Shown one piece after another: positions 11,567-20,697 of a stretch of DNA of 64,000 nucleotides. The stretch is from an uncultured Actinomycetota bacterium (GTDB taxonomy: Bacteria > Actinomycetota > Actinomycetes > JAHEKZ01). The notes beneath the pieces were generated by a model. That model worked only from the letters and a program-made list of their open reading frames with translations, was not told the DNA's origin and did no database searches. The DNA lies in assembly GCA_963829525.1 (NCBI GenBank), contig CAWHIJ010000003.1:1728001-1792000 (forward strand). Direction: 5' to 3'. Position 1 is the stretch's first letter; each line of letters starts with the position of its first letter. Both the position numbers and the translations under genes were made by a program.

Positions 11567-12517
11567 ATGACCGGCACCCACGTAGTCCTCGGTGGCACTG
11601 GCGGAATCGGCGGCGCGTTGGCCGTAGCCCTGCAGTCCCAAGGACGGGCGGTACTCGTCGTCAGCCGGAGTGGGAACCGGCCGGCCACGATGACAGGGGA
11701 GACCGACGGGGTGGAGACGCTGGCCGCCGACCTGACCGACCCTGCGGGGCTGGCCAGCGCGGTGAAGGGTGCTGCGGTGGTCTACCACTGCGCCCAGCCC
11801 GAGTACACCCGGTGGTCGGAGGAGTTCCCCCAGCTGACCACCGGGATCGCCGACGCGTGTGAGCGCGCCGGTGCCCGGCTGGTGTTCGCGGACAACCTGT
11901 ACATGTACGGGCCGGTGGACGGTCCCATCGTGGAGGGGAGTCCGACCCGTCCGACATCGAAGAAGGGCCGGCTTCGACTCGCGATGGCCCAAGACCTGTT
12001 GGCACGGCACGAGGCTGGACGACTCGAAGTGGTGCTGGGTCGAGCCTCTGACTACTACGGTCCCGGCGGTGCTGGATCGACGCCCGGCGCGCTGCTCTTC
12101 ACGCCGCTGGCCAATGGCAAGACGCCGCGCTGGATGGGCCGCCTGGATCAGCCACACACCCTGCACTACCTCCCCGATGTCGGGCGTGCGCTCGCCGCTC
12201 TGGGCAGTTCAGAATCGGTCACCGGACGGGCGTGGATCCTGCCAGCTGCGCCGGCTCGCACCGGGGCGGAGTGGATCTCCGCAGCGCGTGCCGCAGCCGG
12301 CCGGAGCGGGCGCCCGAAGGTGCTGGCCCCCTGGCAGAACCGCATGGCTGGAGTGTTTGTCCCCATGGTGCGCGAGCTGAACGAGATCATGGACCAGTTC
12401 ACGTCACCCTTCGTCAGCTGTGACACCGAGTTCCGTGACCGGTTTGGCGACTCGGGCTGGGTGACCTCCGTCGATGAGGCCATGGCGGAGACGGTTCGCT
12501 GGTTCGCCGGTAACTGA
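11567..12517 (+). CDS. NAD-dependent epimerase/dehydratase (atypical SDR)
   Basis: GGTGGIG, DNLYMYG and RASDYYGPG motifs. Confidence 0.88.
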   Translation: MTGTHVVLGGTGGIGGALAVALQSQGRAVLVVSRSGNRPATMTGETDGVETLAADLTDPAGLASAVKGAAVVYHCAQPEYTRWSEEFPQLTTGIADACERAGARLVFADNLYMYGPVDGPIVEGSPTRPTSKKGRLRLAMAQDLLARHEAGRLEVVLGRASDYYGPGGAGSTPGALLFTPLANGKTPRWMGRLDQPHTLHYLPDVGRALAALGSSESVTGRAWILPAAPARTGAEWISAARAAAGRSGRPKVLAPWQNRMAGVFVPMVRELNEIMDQFTSPFVSCDTEFRDRFGDSGWVTSVDEAMAETVRWFAGN

Positions 12518-12603
12518 GGGGTAGCGAAGCGGCCTGCTGGATCGCCTGGGGTAGCCGCTCGTGACCCCTCGCTAACGGCCAAGAGCGGGGGTCTATCTTC
12601 TCG

Positions 12604-12631
12604 TATTGACATAATGTCGATTATCGGCGGT
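12604..12631 (-). other. dif: dif site (XerCD chromosome dimer resolution)
   Basis: Minus strand reads ACCGCCGATAA-TCGACA-TTATGTCAATA, an 11-6-11 layout matching the actinobacterial dif pattern CGCCGATAA-N6-TTATGTCAA; intergenic and the only copy seen. Confidence 0.9.
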
Positions 12632-12693
12632 TTGCTCTGACCAGCTCCTCCAAAGGGCTTGGATCACTCGATGCACCTGGGTACCTTCCTTCT

Positions 12694-13380
12694 GTGACTT
12701 CAAGGTGTCGCTGGCGACCCCGTGTTCTCCTCCTCACGGGCATCGGTCTGGCACTTGTAGGGACCTTGGCTCTTCCCGCTGACGGAGCCACTGTTGTCGG
12801 GCTCTGGCACATGGACGACACCGGCTCAGTGATGAACGACTCATCGCCGAACAATCTGGACGGCACAATCTCATCGAATGTCGTCACCGGAGTCGACGGC
12901 TCAATCGATGACGCTTTTTCATTCCCGAGGAAGCCGTCGACGGTGACAGTGCCCAACTCGACGAAGCTCAACCCCGGCACCAGCACGTTTACCGTCAGCG
13001 TTCGGGTGATGTTCTCCGATAACCCGTCCTCGTCCGTCGGTGATTTTGACCTGGTTCGGAAGGGCCTTAGCTCGACTAACGGAGGCGATTGGAAGTTGGA
13101 GATTCTGCAGAACGGCTACGCCTTCTGTCAGTTCCAGGGGTCAAGTGGCAAAGTTACTGTTCGTCGCGGGCCTGATCTGTCCGATGGACGCTGGCACACC
13201 ATCAGCTGCACGCGTTACGGCTCTAGTGTCCGCCTCTCCGTCGATGGTTCTGTGACGAGCAACAGTGGCTCGACGGGCACCATCGCGAACACGAGTGCCA
13301 TGTACGTCGGTGCCAAGAGCCCGGCAGGTGCGGACCAGTACATCGGCCGCTTGGATGAGTTGCAGATTACGCGGGGCTAG
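12694..13380 (+). CDS. Secreted LamG/concanavalin A-like lectin-domain protein
   Basis: Signal peptide, GLWHMDD, LSDGRWHTISCTR, LSVDG and YIGRLDELQI motifs. Confidence 0.8.
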   Translation: MTSRCRWRPRVLLLTGIGLALVGTLALPADGATVVGLWHMDDTGSVMNDSSPNNLDGTISSNVVTGVDGSIDDAFSFPRKPSTVTVPNSTKLNPGTSTFTVSVRVMFSDNPSSSVGDFDLVRKGLSSTNGGDWKLEILQNGYAFCQFQGSSGKVTVRRGPDLSDGRWHTISCTRYGSSVRLSVDGSVTSNSGSTGTIANTSAMYVGAKSPAGADQYIGRLDELQITRG

Positions 13381-14213
13381 GTTGATTCTCCCTGCTTCGA
13401 CTGGACTACTGGGTGGAGGAACTCGCGAATCGCGTCGATGAGTAGTGCCGGCGCCTCTAGTTGCGGAAGGTGTGCGACTCCGCCGAGTTCTGTGAACGTG
13501 GCGCCCGGAACCATGGCCACGAGTTGCTGCCCGATCGCTCTCAGGTCGGTCACGTCGAGATCACCACACAGAACCTCGGTCGGGACGGCAATCTCCCCCA
13601 GTCGTGGCCAGGCGTCAGGCAAAATGGCCGGGTCACCGGGATCCGGTGACCGTAGTGCCTGCCCATTCATCTGCAGGAAGAGCTCGCGCGCTGCTCCCGA
13701 CACTCGGCCCTCGGGCGACGTTGGTCCGTCCAACCAGAGATGGGCCTCCAGACGGTTGGCGTCGTCGATACGACCTTCCGCGGCTGCCTGTTCGGCTGCC
13801 TCGTCAAGTGCGGTTTCGGTCCCAGTTGGGTCCGGGTAGGGCGCACCGCGAACAGCCGGCGCGATCAGCAACAGGGCTGCAACTCGGCCCGGATGGGCAA
13901 GCGCCAAGTCGATCGCTGTCCGACCACCAAGTGATGATGCGACCAAGACGGCACGCTCTGAGCCCACAGCATCGAGCACCTGAAGCGCGTCGGCGACCGC
14001 GGACCACCCGGGTTCGAGCTGATAAGTCGTTTCGCCAAATCCCCTGGCGTCAAACGTGATGCATCGATGGCGATCGGACAACGCCGCCACTACCGACCGC
14101 CAGCTGCGTTTGTCCGTCACCCCGGCATGCAGAAAGAGCAGGTCGAGATTCTGGCGATTTGCGCCATCGCCTATCGCGACCGAGAGCGTGGCTTGACCTG
14201 AGGTTACGTTCAC
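13377..14213 (-). CDS. Alpha/beta-fold hydrolase
   Basis: FLHAG, DARGFG, nucleophile elbow ASSLGG, AHLPQLE; GTG start overlaps the upstream stop codon (GTGA). Confidence 0.88.
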   Translation of the reverse strand: MNVTSGQATLSVAIGDGANRQNLDLLFLHAGVTDKRSWRSVVAALSDRHRCITFDARGFGETTYQLEPGWSAVADALQVLDAVGSERAVLVASSLGGRTAIDLALAHPGRVAALLLIAPAVRGAPYPDPTGTETALDEAAEQAAAEGRIDDANRLEAHLWLDGPTSPEGRVSGAARELFLQMNGQALRSPDPGDPAILPDAWPRLGEIAVPTEVLCGDLDVTDLRAIGQQLVAMVPGATFTELGGVAHLPQLEAPALLIDAIREFLHPVVQSKQGEST

Positions 14214-15397
14214 GGCTGGCCGCGACCGGCTCTGACGCGACCGGCTCTGATAAGCGCAGTGACATGCTGCGCGACCCTTTGTTTCTGTGCCCGCAACGCT
14301 GGGAGGCGACCTCCGAATGGACTCATGCCTGCGCTGGGCGGTTGCACCGGCTCGGCCAGGTCGTCGGCCAGGGCCCATCCGCTGCCGAGCTTGACCAGAG
14401 ATTCGTGTTTCGTCCGGTAGTAGTCCTTCGACACCGGGACCGCCACTCCCCAGGCACCAACTGCAGCGGCGAGCAAGTGGGGATGGAATCGGGTACTGAT
14501 CCAACGCTGGCCGGGGTTGACAGGTAGACCCGACCGCCACAGATCCGCGAACGGAAGTAGCCGAAGCGCCGGGAGATGGACTGCCAGGAGCGGCATCACC
14601 ACGCTGTCGTCGGGTGGCAGACACTCGACAAGCGTGACTGGTTGGGTATCCGCCTCCCACGCCTGAAGCGTGCGAACCACGTAGTCAGCGATCTCTGTCA
14701 ACGGACGCTCGATGTGGTCTGACTGGATGCACAGCATCGTGCCGGCCGAACCATGGGCGGCACGAGATGGGGTGCCGCTGAGGGAGAGCAGCGCATCATC
14801 GCCCGTGAGGGTGGCGCGAGGGACCTTTGTCCGGATAGCCGTGTACGAGGCCTCGTCTCTGACGTCGACAACATCGAACTGGGATAGGGCGCTCCCGAGG
14901 GCGTCCCCACTACCTTCAGCGAGTGGAATCAGTCCCGCCCCGGTCATCGCTACGCGGCTTCCGTAGCGATGCGCAATAGCGCGCGCAGCACCCACCAGGG
15001 CCAGGTGATGGGGCCAGATGCCATTGAGGTAGCCACCACCGAGGATGTGCACCAGGTCGACGCGCTCCAGGCCCAGTACCCCCGAGACCTCTCGAGGTAT
15101 GAGCCGAGGATTGGTCAGGACGCGGCCACCGAAGGCGATGGCCTCCGCCGGGTCGTCGGTCGGCGCGTTCCAGCAGGCGTGAAAGAGCGTGTCGACACAC
15201 CGCAGCCCAGGGTGAATGCCGTCAAACAAGACCGCAGCCTGACCGGGACGCGGGGTGTCCAGCCATACCTCTGCATCTGGAAAAGTGTGCGCGAGCTCGC
15301 GCAGCCATCCCGCGGTGATCAGCTCATCACCGTAGTTCGGGTGGCCAGCTGTTGCGATCAGGTAGATGACCGGTGGCTTCGGCTTCTTCAGGAACAC
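14210..15397 (-). CDS. Polysaccharide pyruvyl transferase family protein
   Basis: PNYGDEL, LGGGYLN, VRDEAS and STRFHPHL motifs. Confidence 0.88.
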   Translation of the reverse strand: MFLKKPKPPVIYLIATAGHPNYGDELITAGWLRELAHTFPDAEVWLDTPRPGQAAVLFDGIHPGLRCVDTLFHACWNAPTDDPAEAIAFGGRVLTNPRLIPREVSGVLGLERVDLVHILGGGYLNGIWPHHLALVGAARAIAHRYGSRVAMTGAGLIPLAEGSGDALGSALSQFDVVDVRDEASYTAIRTKVPRATLTGDDALLSLSGTPSRAAHGSAGTMLCIQSDHIERPLTEIADYVVRTLQAWEADTQPVTLVECLPPDDSVVMPLLAVHLPALRLLPFADLWRSGLPVNPGQRWISTRFHPHLLAAAVGAWGVAVPVSKDYYRTKHESLVKLGSGWALADDLAEPVQPPSAGMSPFGGRLPALRAQKQRVAQHVTALIRAGRVRAGRGQP

Positions 15398-15545
15398 GTG
15401 TACAGCTCCTCATTGTCCGGAGTGCAGTTTACGGCCGGAGGCCAGACTCGATTGGGCGCCTCCGGCGCCGGCCTGCCCACAGTCCAACGACTCTGGTGAG
15501 GCCGCCACAGGTGAGATATCCCTGAGTTGAGCTAAGGAGGACATC

Positions 15546-16658
15546 ATGGCGTTCATCGAGTTTCCGGAGGTCGACGCGTTCGGGCCAGAACAGGTCATCG
15601 TGGTCAACGACGCGGCGCTTGGCCTGACCGGGTACGTCGTTGTCGACAATCTCGCTGCCGGCCCGGCCATCGGGGGCGTGCGCATGGCTGCCGACGTTTC
15701 TGTCATGGAAGTGGCGCGTCTGGCCAGAGCCATGACGCTGAAAAACGCCATGGCCGGGCTTCCGCACGGTGGCGCCAAGGGTGGCATCGTCGGCGACCCC
15801 ACCATGCCTCGCGAGGTCAAGGTGGCGCTGGTCCGTGCATTCGGCTCCCGCATCCGCGATGTCGCCGGGTACATCCCTGGACCCGACATGGGGCTGGACG
15901 AGGGCTTGATGGCTCACCTTCGTGAAACGTGCGGTCGCGCCGTTGGACTCCCCCCGGTTCTCGGCGGAATCCCGTTGGACGTGCTGGGCGCCACGGGCTT
16001 TGGGCTCGCGGTGTCGGTTGAGGTAGCTGCCGAACGCGGACTCATCGAGCTCGAGGGGGCGCGGGTTGTGGTTCAGGGCTTCGGGTCGGTCGGCCAGCAC
16101 ACTGCGCGCTTCCTCAGCGAACGCGGCGCGGTTTTGGTGGCCGCCTCCGACAGCCGTGGCGCGGTCAGTTCCGCGGACGGCTTCAATGTCGCCGATCTGA
16201 TTGCCCACAAATGGGCCGCAGGTACCGTGACAGGGTTTCCCGGGTCGACCCAGGTGCCACCTGAGTCGTTGATATCGCTCCCGTGCGACATCTGGGTTCC
16301 AGCAGCACGTCCTGACGTCTTCAACGCTGGTAACGCATCGGAACTTCAGGCGAAGATCCTTCTCGAGGGCGCGAACATTCCAGCGAGCCCAGAGGCTGAG
16401 GAAGCACTGCACACGAGGGGGGTGCTGGTTCTTCCCGACTTCGTGGCTAACGCTGGAGGAGTGATCTGCGCTGCGGTCGAGTATGCAGGCGGAACGTCCT
16501 CGCAGGCCTTCGCCGTCATCGAGGAACGGATTCGCACCAACACCGTTCAGATGCTCGACATGGCGACCGAGACGGGGCAGCCTCCCCGAGTGGTGGCACA
16601 GCACCTCGCCCAGTCGAGGGTCACGGAGGCGATGAGTTACCACCGGCCCCGTGGCTGA
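15546..16658 (+). CDS. Glu/Leu/Phe/Val dehydrogenase
   Basis: GGVRM, MTLKNA, GGAKGG, QGFGSVG, EGAN and PDFVANAGG motifs; AAGGAGG ribosome-binding site. Confidence 0.93.
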   Translation: MAFIEFPEVDAFGPEQVIVVNDAALGLTGYVVVDNLAAGPAIGGVRMAADVSVMEVARLARAMTLKNAMAGLPHGGAKGGIVGDPTMPREVKVALVRAFGSRIRDVAGYIPGPDMGLDEGLMAHLRETCGRAVGLPPVLGGIPLDVLGATGFGLAVSVEVAAERGLIELEGARVVVQGFGSVGQHTARFLSERGAVLVAASDSRGAVSSADGFNVADLIAHKWAAGTVTGFPGSTQVPPESLISLPCDIWVPAARPDVFNAGNASELQAKILLEGANIPASPEAEEALHTRGVLVLPDFVANAGGVICAAVEYAGGTSSQAFAVIEERIRTNTVQMLDMATETGQPPRVVAQHLAQSRVTEAMSYHRPRG

Positions 16659-16675
16659 ACCGACAACTGGCGCGC

Positions 16676-16707
16676 TAATGCGGAACACGCGTTCCGCATT
16701 ACGGAAC
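16676..16707. promoter_or_regulatory. Inverted repeat, candidate IclR-like operator upstream of fhs
   Basis: TAATGCGGAAC-ACGC-GTTCCGCATTA perfect inverted repeat overlapping the palindrome GTTCCG-CATTA-CGGAAC. Confidence 0.55.
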
Positions 16708-16768
16708 ATTGCGATCCAGCGGGACCAATGGCCTGGATCGGCAGGCATCTCTACGTCAAGGTATCTCC

Positions 16769-18469
16769 GTGAGCATCCCCAGTGACCTTGACATCGCCCG
16801 TGCGTCCACCGTTCGCCCCATAGGCGACATCACAGCCTCGATGGGCCTCCCCGAGCATCTGTGGGAACCGTATGGACGCGAGATCGGAAAAGTCAGCCTC
16901 GATGCGATTGAGGAGCTCGCCGACCGTCCTCCGGCGAAGTACATCCTCGTCACAGCGATCACCCCCACGCCCCTCGGCGAGGGGAAGACCACAACCTCGA
17001 TCGGACTGGCCCAGGGATTCGGACACATCGGTAAGCGGGCCACCCTGGCTTTGCGTCAACCCTCCATGGGGCCGACGTTCGGGATCAAGGGTGGGGCCGC
17101 TGGTGGTGGGTACAGCCAGGTCATCCCGATGGAGAAGCTCAACCTGCACCTCACCGGTGACTTCCATGCCATCACCGCTGCACACAACCTTCTGGCTGCG
17201 ATAGTCGACAACCACCTGTACCAGGGAAACGAGCTCGGCCTCGACCCACACGCCATCGAGTGGCGCCGGGTCATGGACGTCAATGACCGTGCCCTGCGCA
17301 ACGTCGTTGTCGGCCTCGGGACGCGCCTCGATGGTGTCCCCCGCCAAACGGGTTTCGACATCACCGCGGCCAGCGAGCTCATGGTTCTTCTCGCGCTCGC
17401 GACGTCAGAGAAGGACCTGCGCGAGCGCGTCGGGAAGATCGTGGTCGGCTACACCAAGTCTGGCGAGCCGGTGACTGCCGAAGACCTCAAGGTGGCTGGC
17501 TCCATGGCGGTCATCTTGCGAGACGCGCTGAAGCCCAACGTGCTGCAGACGATCGAGGGTCAGCCCGCACTTGTGCACACAGGCCCCTTTGGCAACATCG
17601 CGACAGGGCAGTCATCGATCGTCGCCGACATGATCGGTATCCGCACCGGTGACTACCTGATCACCGAGGCCGGGTTCGGCGCCGACATCGGAGCTGAGAA
17701 GTTTTTCGACATGAAGTGCCGGTTGTCTGGCCTGACGCCCTCGGCAGCGGTCGTTGTGGCCACTGTTCGAGCGCTCAAGGCCCACTCGGGACGCCATTCG
17801 ATCAAGCCGGGTAAGCCGCTACCGCCAGAATTGCTGGCTGAGAACCCTGACGAGGTGGCAACCGGTGGCGCCAACCTGCGTAAGCACCTCGAGAACCTCA
17901 AGAAGTTCGGGATCACGCCGGTCGTGGCGATCAATGCGTTCCCCACCGACCACCCGAGTGAGCACGCGATCATCGCCGAAATCGCTGCCGAGGCTGGAGC
18001 ACGTTCTGCCGTAGCCACCCACGTCGTAGACGGCGGCGCAGGTGCGGTCGACCTGGCACGCGTCGTCGAGGAAGTGGCGAACGAGCCCAACGACTTCAAG
18101 TTCCTGTACCCGCTGGAGGACACGATCGAGAAGAAGATCGAGACGATCGCTACCGAGCTCTACGGAGCGACCGGCGTCGACTTCACTCCCGCTGCGGCGG
18201 CTCAGGCCAAGAAGTACGCGGCCCTCGGCTACGGCAACTTGCCGATCGTCATCGCCAAGACCCACCTGTCGATCACCAGCGACGCGAGTCTGCTCGGCGC
18301 TCCGCAGAACTGGGGGCCGTTGCCCGTTCGTGAGTTGCGCCTTGCCGCTGGTGCTGGCTACGTCTACGCCGTCTGCGGAGAGATCCGGACGATGCCAGGG
18401 CTCTCCAGTCACCCTGCGGCGGAGCGGATCGATATCGACGCTGACGGGAACATCGTCGGCCTCTCCTAG
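16769..18469 (+). CDS. fhs: Formate--tetrahydrofolate ligase
   Basis: TPTPLGEGKTTT, GIKGGAAGGGYSQV, TEAGFGADIGAEKF and TMPGL motifs. Confidence 0.97.
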   Translation: MSIPSDLDIARASTVRPIGDITASMGLPEHLWEPYGREIGKVSLDAIEELADRPPAKYILVTAITPTPLGEGKTTTSIGLAQGFGHIGKRATLALRQPSMGPTFGIKGGAAGGGYSQVIPMEKLNLHLTGDFHAITAAHNLLAAIVDNHLYQGNELGLDPHAIEWRRVMDVNDRALRNVVVGLGTRLDGVPRQTGFDITAASELMVLLALATSEKDLRERVGKIVVGYTKSGEPVTAEDLKVAGSMAVILRDALKPNVLQTIEGQPALVHTGPFGNIATGQSSIVADMIGIRTGDYLITEAGFGADIGAEKFFDMKCRLSGLTPSAAVVVATVRALKAHSGRHSIKPGKPLPPELLAENPDEVATGGANLRKHLENLKKFGITPVVAINAFPTDHPSEHAIIAEIAAEAGARSAVATHVVDGGAGAVDLARVVEEVANEPNDFKFLYPLEDTIEKKIETIATELYGATGVDFTPAAAAQAKKYAALGYGNLPIVIAKTHLSITSDASLLGAPQNWGPLPVRELRLAAGAGYVYAVCGEIRTMPGLSSHPAAERIDIDADGNIVGLS

Positions 18470-18514
18470 GCTCGCCGCTCGCCAGAGTGGCGATGGGTCT
18501 GTGAGGATGCTGCA

Positions 18515-19891
18515 GTGATGACAGCATCAGATTCACCAACGTCCTTGGACGACCTGCGAGCTCGGGTCAGCGCCGTCATGCCAGGTGTCGTTGACGACCT
18601 CGCGCGGCTCGTGACGATTCCCTCGTGCGCCTTTCCCGGTTTTCCGGCAGAGCCGGTGCTCGAGATGGCCCGACAGACCGTCGCGCTGCTTCAGCGCAGC
18701 GGCTCGCTGAACGCACGGTTGCTGGAGGTAGCCGGCGGCTACCCAGTGGTTTACGCCGACCGCCCCGCTCCCCCGGGTGCACCGACGGTGCTGCTCTATG
18801 CGCACTACGACGTCCAACCCGCACCACCGGAGCAAGGCTGGACGATCGACCCCTGGAGCCCGATGGTTCGAGACGGCCGGCTCTATGGGCGGGGTGCCGC
18901 CGACGACAAGTCAGGCATCGCCATGCATGCGGCGACTCTTCAGGCCCTCGGTGATGATCTGTCAGTCGGCTTGCGCATCGTCATCGAGGGCGAGGAAGAG
19001 ACCGACTCGCACCTTGAGACCTTCGCCTTGGCAAACCCCGAGTTATTCACCGCCGACGTCTACGTCATCGCAGACGGTGGCAACGAGCAGGTTGGCCAAC
19101 CGGTCATCGAAGTCACGACGCGGGGCGGAGTGGTACTCGACGTCGAGGTGACAACGCTCGACCGCCCGGTCCACTCCGGACTTTTCGGAGGAGGTGCGCC
19201 GGACGCCCTTATGGCACTGATGCGGCTGCTCGCCACCTTGCACGATGAGGCCGGAGACGTCACGGTGGCTGGACTTGCTGGCTCGGATTGGGAAGGCTGG
19301 GACACCGACGAGCGGCTCTTCCGGCGAGCATCGGGGATGCTCCCCGGTCAACCTCTCATCGGAACTGGGCGGCTCTCCAGCCGGCTGTGGTCCCGCCCAT
19401 CGATCTCGGTGATCGGCCTGGACGCGGCGCCAACGCATGGTGCTGTCAACGCACTCGCCCCACGTGCCAAGGCGACGGTCTCGATGCGGATCCCTCCGGT
19501 GGCCGACGCCGATCGAGAGTGCCAACTGTTGATCGACCACCTGACGGCCGCCGCTCCCTGGGGTGTGGGTGTCGACGTCAAGGCCACCGCGGTTTGGCCA
19601 GGGTGGACTACTTCACCTGACGGACCAGCCATGACGATCGCACGCGGCGCCATGGCAGATGTCTACGGCAAGGCCACCGAAGTCATCGGTAGCGGTGGCT
19701 CGATCCCCCTGCTCACAACGCTGGCGGAGATCAATCCTGCCGCCGAGTTCGTGTTGTGGGGCGCTGAGGACGGCGCGCAGGCCAACATCCACTCCGCCGA
19801 CGAAAGCGTTGACCTGGAGGAGCTTGAGCGGGCAGCACTGGCGCAGACGGTCTTCCTGCATCGACTGGGTGCTGGCGTTTTCCCCGGGTAG
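18515..19891 (+). CDS. M20/M25/M40 family metallopeptidase (dipeptidase-like)
   Basis: YAHYDVQP, GRGAADDK, EGEEE and IHSADE motifs. Confidence 0.93.
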   Translation: MMTASDSPTSLDDLRARVSAVMPGVVDDLARLVTIPSCAFPGFPAEPVLEMARQTVALLQRSGSLNARLLEVAGGYPVVYADRPAPPGAPTVLLYAHYDVQPAPPEQGWTIDPWSPMVRDGRLYGRGAADDKSGIAMHAATLQALGDDLSVGLRIVIEGEEETDSHLETFALANPELFTADVYVIADGGNEQVGQPVIEVTTRGGVVLDVEVTTLDRPVHSGLFGGGAPDALMALMRLLATLHDEAGDVTVAGLAGSDWEGWDTDERLFRRASGMLPGQPLIGTGRLSSRLWSRPSISVIGLDAAPTHGAVNALAPRAKATVSMRIPPVADADRECQLLIDHLTAAAPWGVGVDVKATAVWPGWTTSPDGPAMTIARGAMADVYGKATEVIGSGGSIPLLTTLAEINPAAEFVLWGAEDGAQANIHSADESVDLEELERAALAQTVFLHRLGAGVFPG

Positions 19892-20697
19892 TGGTGCCGA
19901 CTTCAGGGGTTGCTCCCCCGCACCCATTTCTTGAGCACGATGGACCAATCCCGATGGTCCATCGCGGCGCTCCGTTGAACGGTGGCTCAGAGGTCGTCGA
20001 GAACACCGGGGCCGCGTTTCGTCGCGCCTATAGACGCGGATTCCGCTACTTCGAGACCGATGTCCGCGTCACGAGGGACGGCGTGCTGGTTGCGTGTCAT
20101 GATCACTCACTTCGTCGCGTGGCGGGTGAGCGAGTCCAGATCGCCAAGGTGACGTGGGGTGAGCTTTCGGAGATTCCAGTCGGTGACGAACCTCTCCCCC
20201 GGCTGGTCGACCTGATCGACGAGTACCCCGATGTGGCGTTCAACATCGATCCGAAGGTGGACGGGGCCGTACGACCACTTGTGTCGACGCTCCTCGAGCG
20301 CGACGTGCTTGCCCGAGTCTGTGTGGCGTCCTTCAGCGATGACCGCCTCAGGTGGGTACGGGCCGCCCTCGGATCGCGGGTCTGTACTGCCGCCGGCCCC
20401 GGCGAGCTGAGGAGAGCGATGCTGCAGATTGCCCGTGGTCAGTCGCTGGACCTCCCTGGCGTCAATGTGCTGCAAGTGCCGAGGTGGCTCAGTCGGGAGG
20501 CGCCCTGGCCGGGCCCGAGAAAGGCCGATCTCCTTGATGTCGCCAAGCGTGTCGACCTTCCGGTGCATGTCTGGACGGTCAACGATGGCGCAGAGATGGA
20601 ACAACTGCTGGCAAGGGGTGCGGGCGGCGTCATGAGCGATGACACCGACGTTCTCATGGAGGTCTTCACGGCCAACGGTTGGCGACCGCACTCGTGA
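19891..20697 (+). CDS. Glycerophosphodiester phosphodiesterase
   Basis: HRG, ENT, ETDVRVTRDG, HD, VHVWTVND and MSD motifs. Confidence 0.92.
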   Translation: MVPTSGVAPPHPFLEHDGPIPMVHRGAPLNGGSEVVENTGAAFRRAYRRGFRYFETDVRVTRDGVLVACHDHSLRRVAGERVQIAKVTWGELSEIPVGDEPLPRLVDLIDEYPDVAFNIDPKVDGAVRPLVSTLLERDVLARVCVASFSDDRLRWVRAALGSRVCTAAGPGELRRAMLQIARGQSLDLPGVNVLQVPRWLSREAPWPGPRKADLLDVAKRVDLPVHVWTVNDGAEMEQLLARGAGGVMSDDTDVLMEVFTANGWRPHS

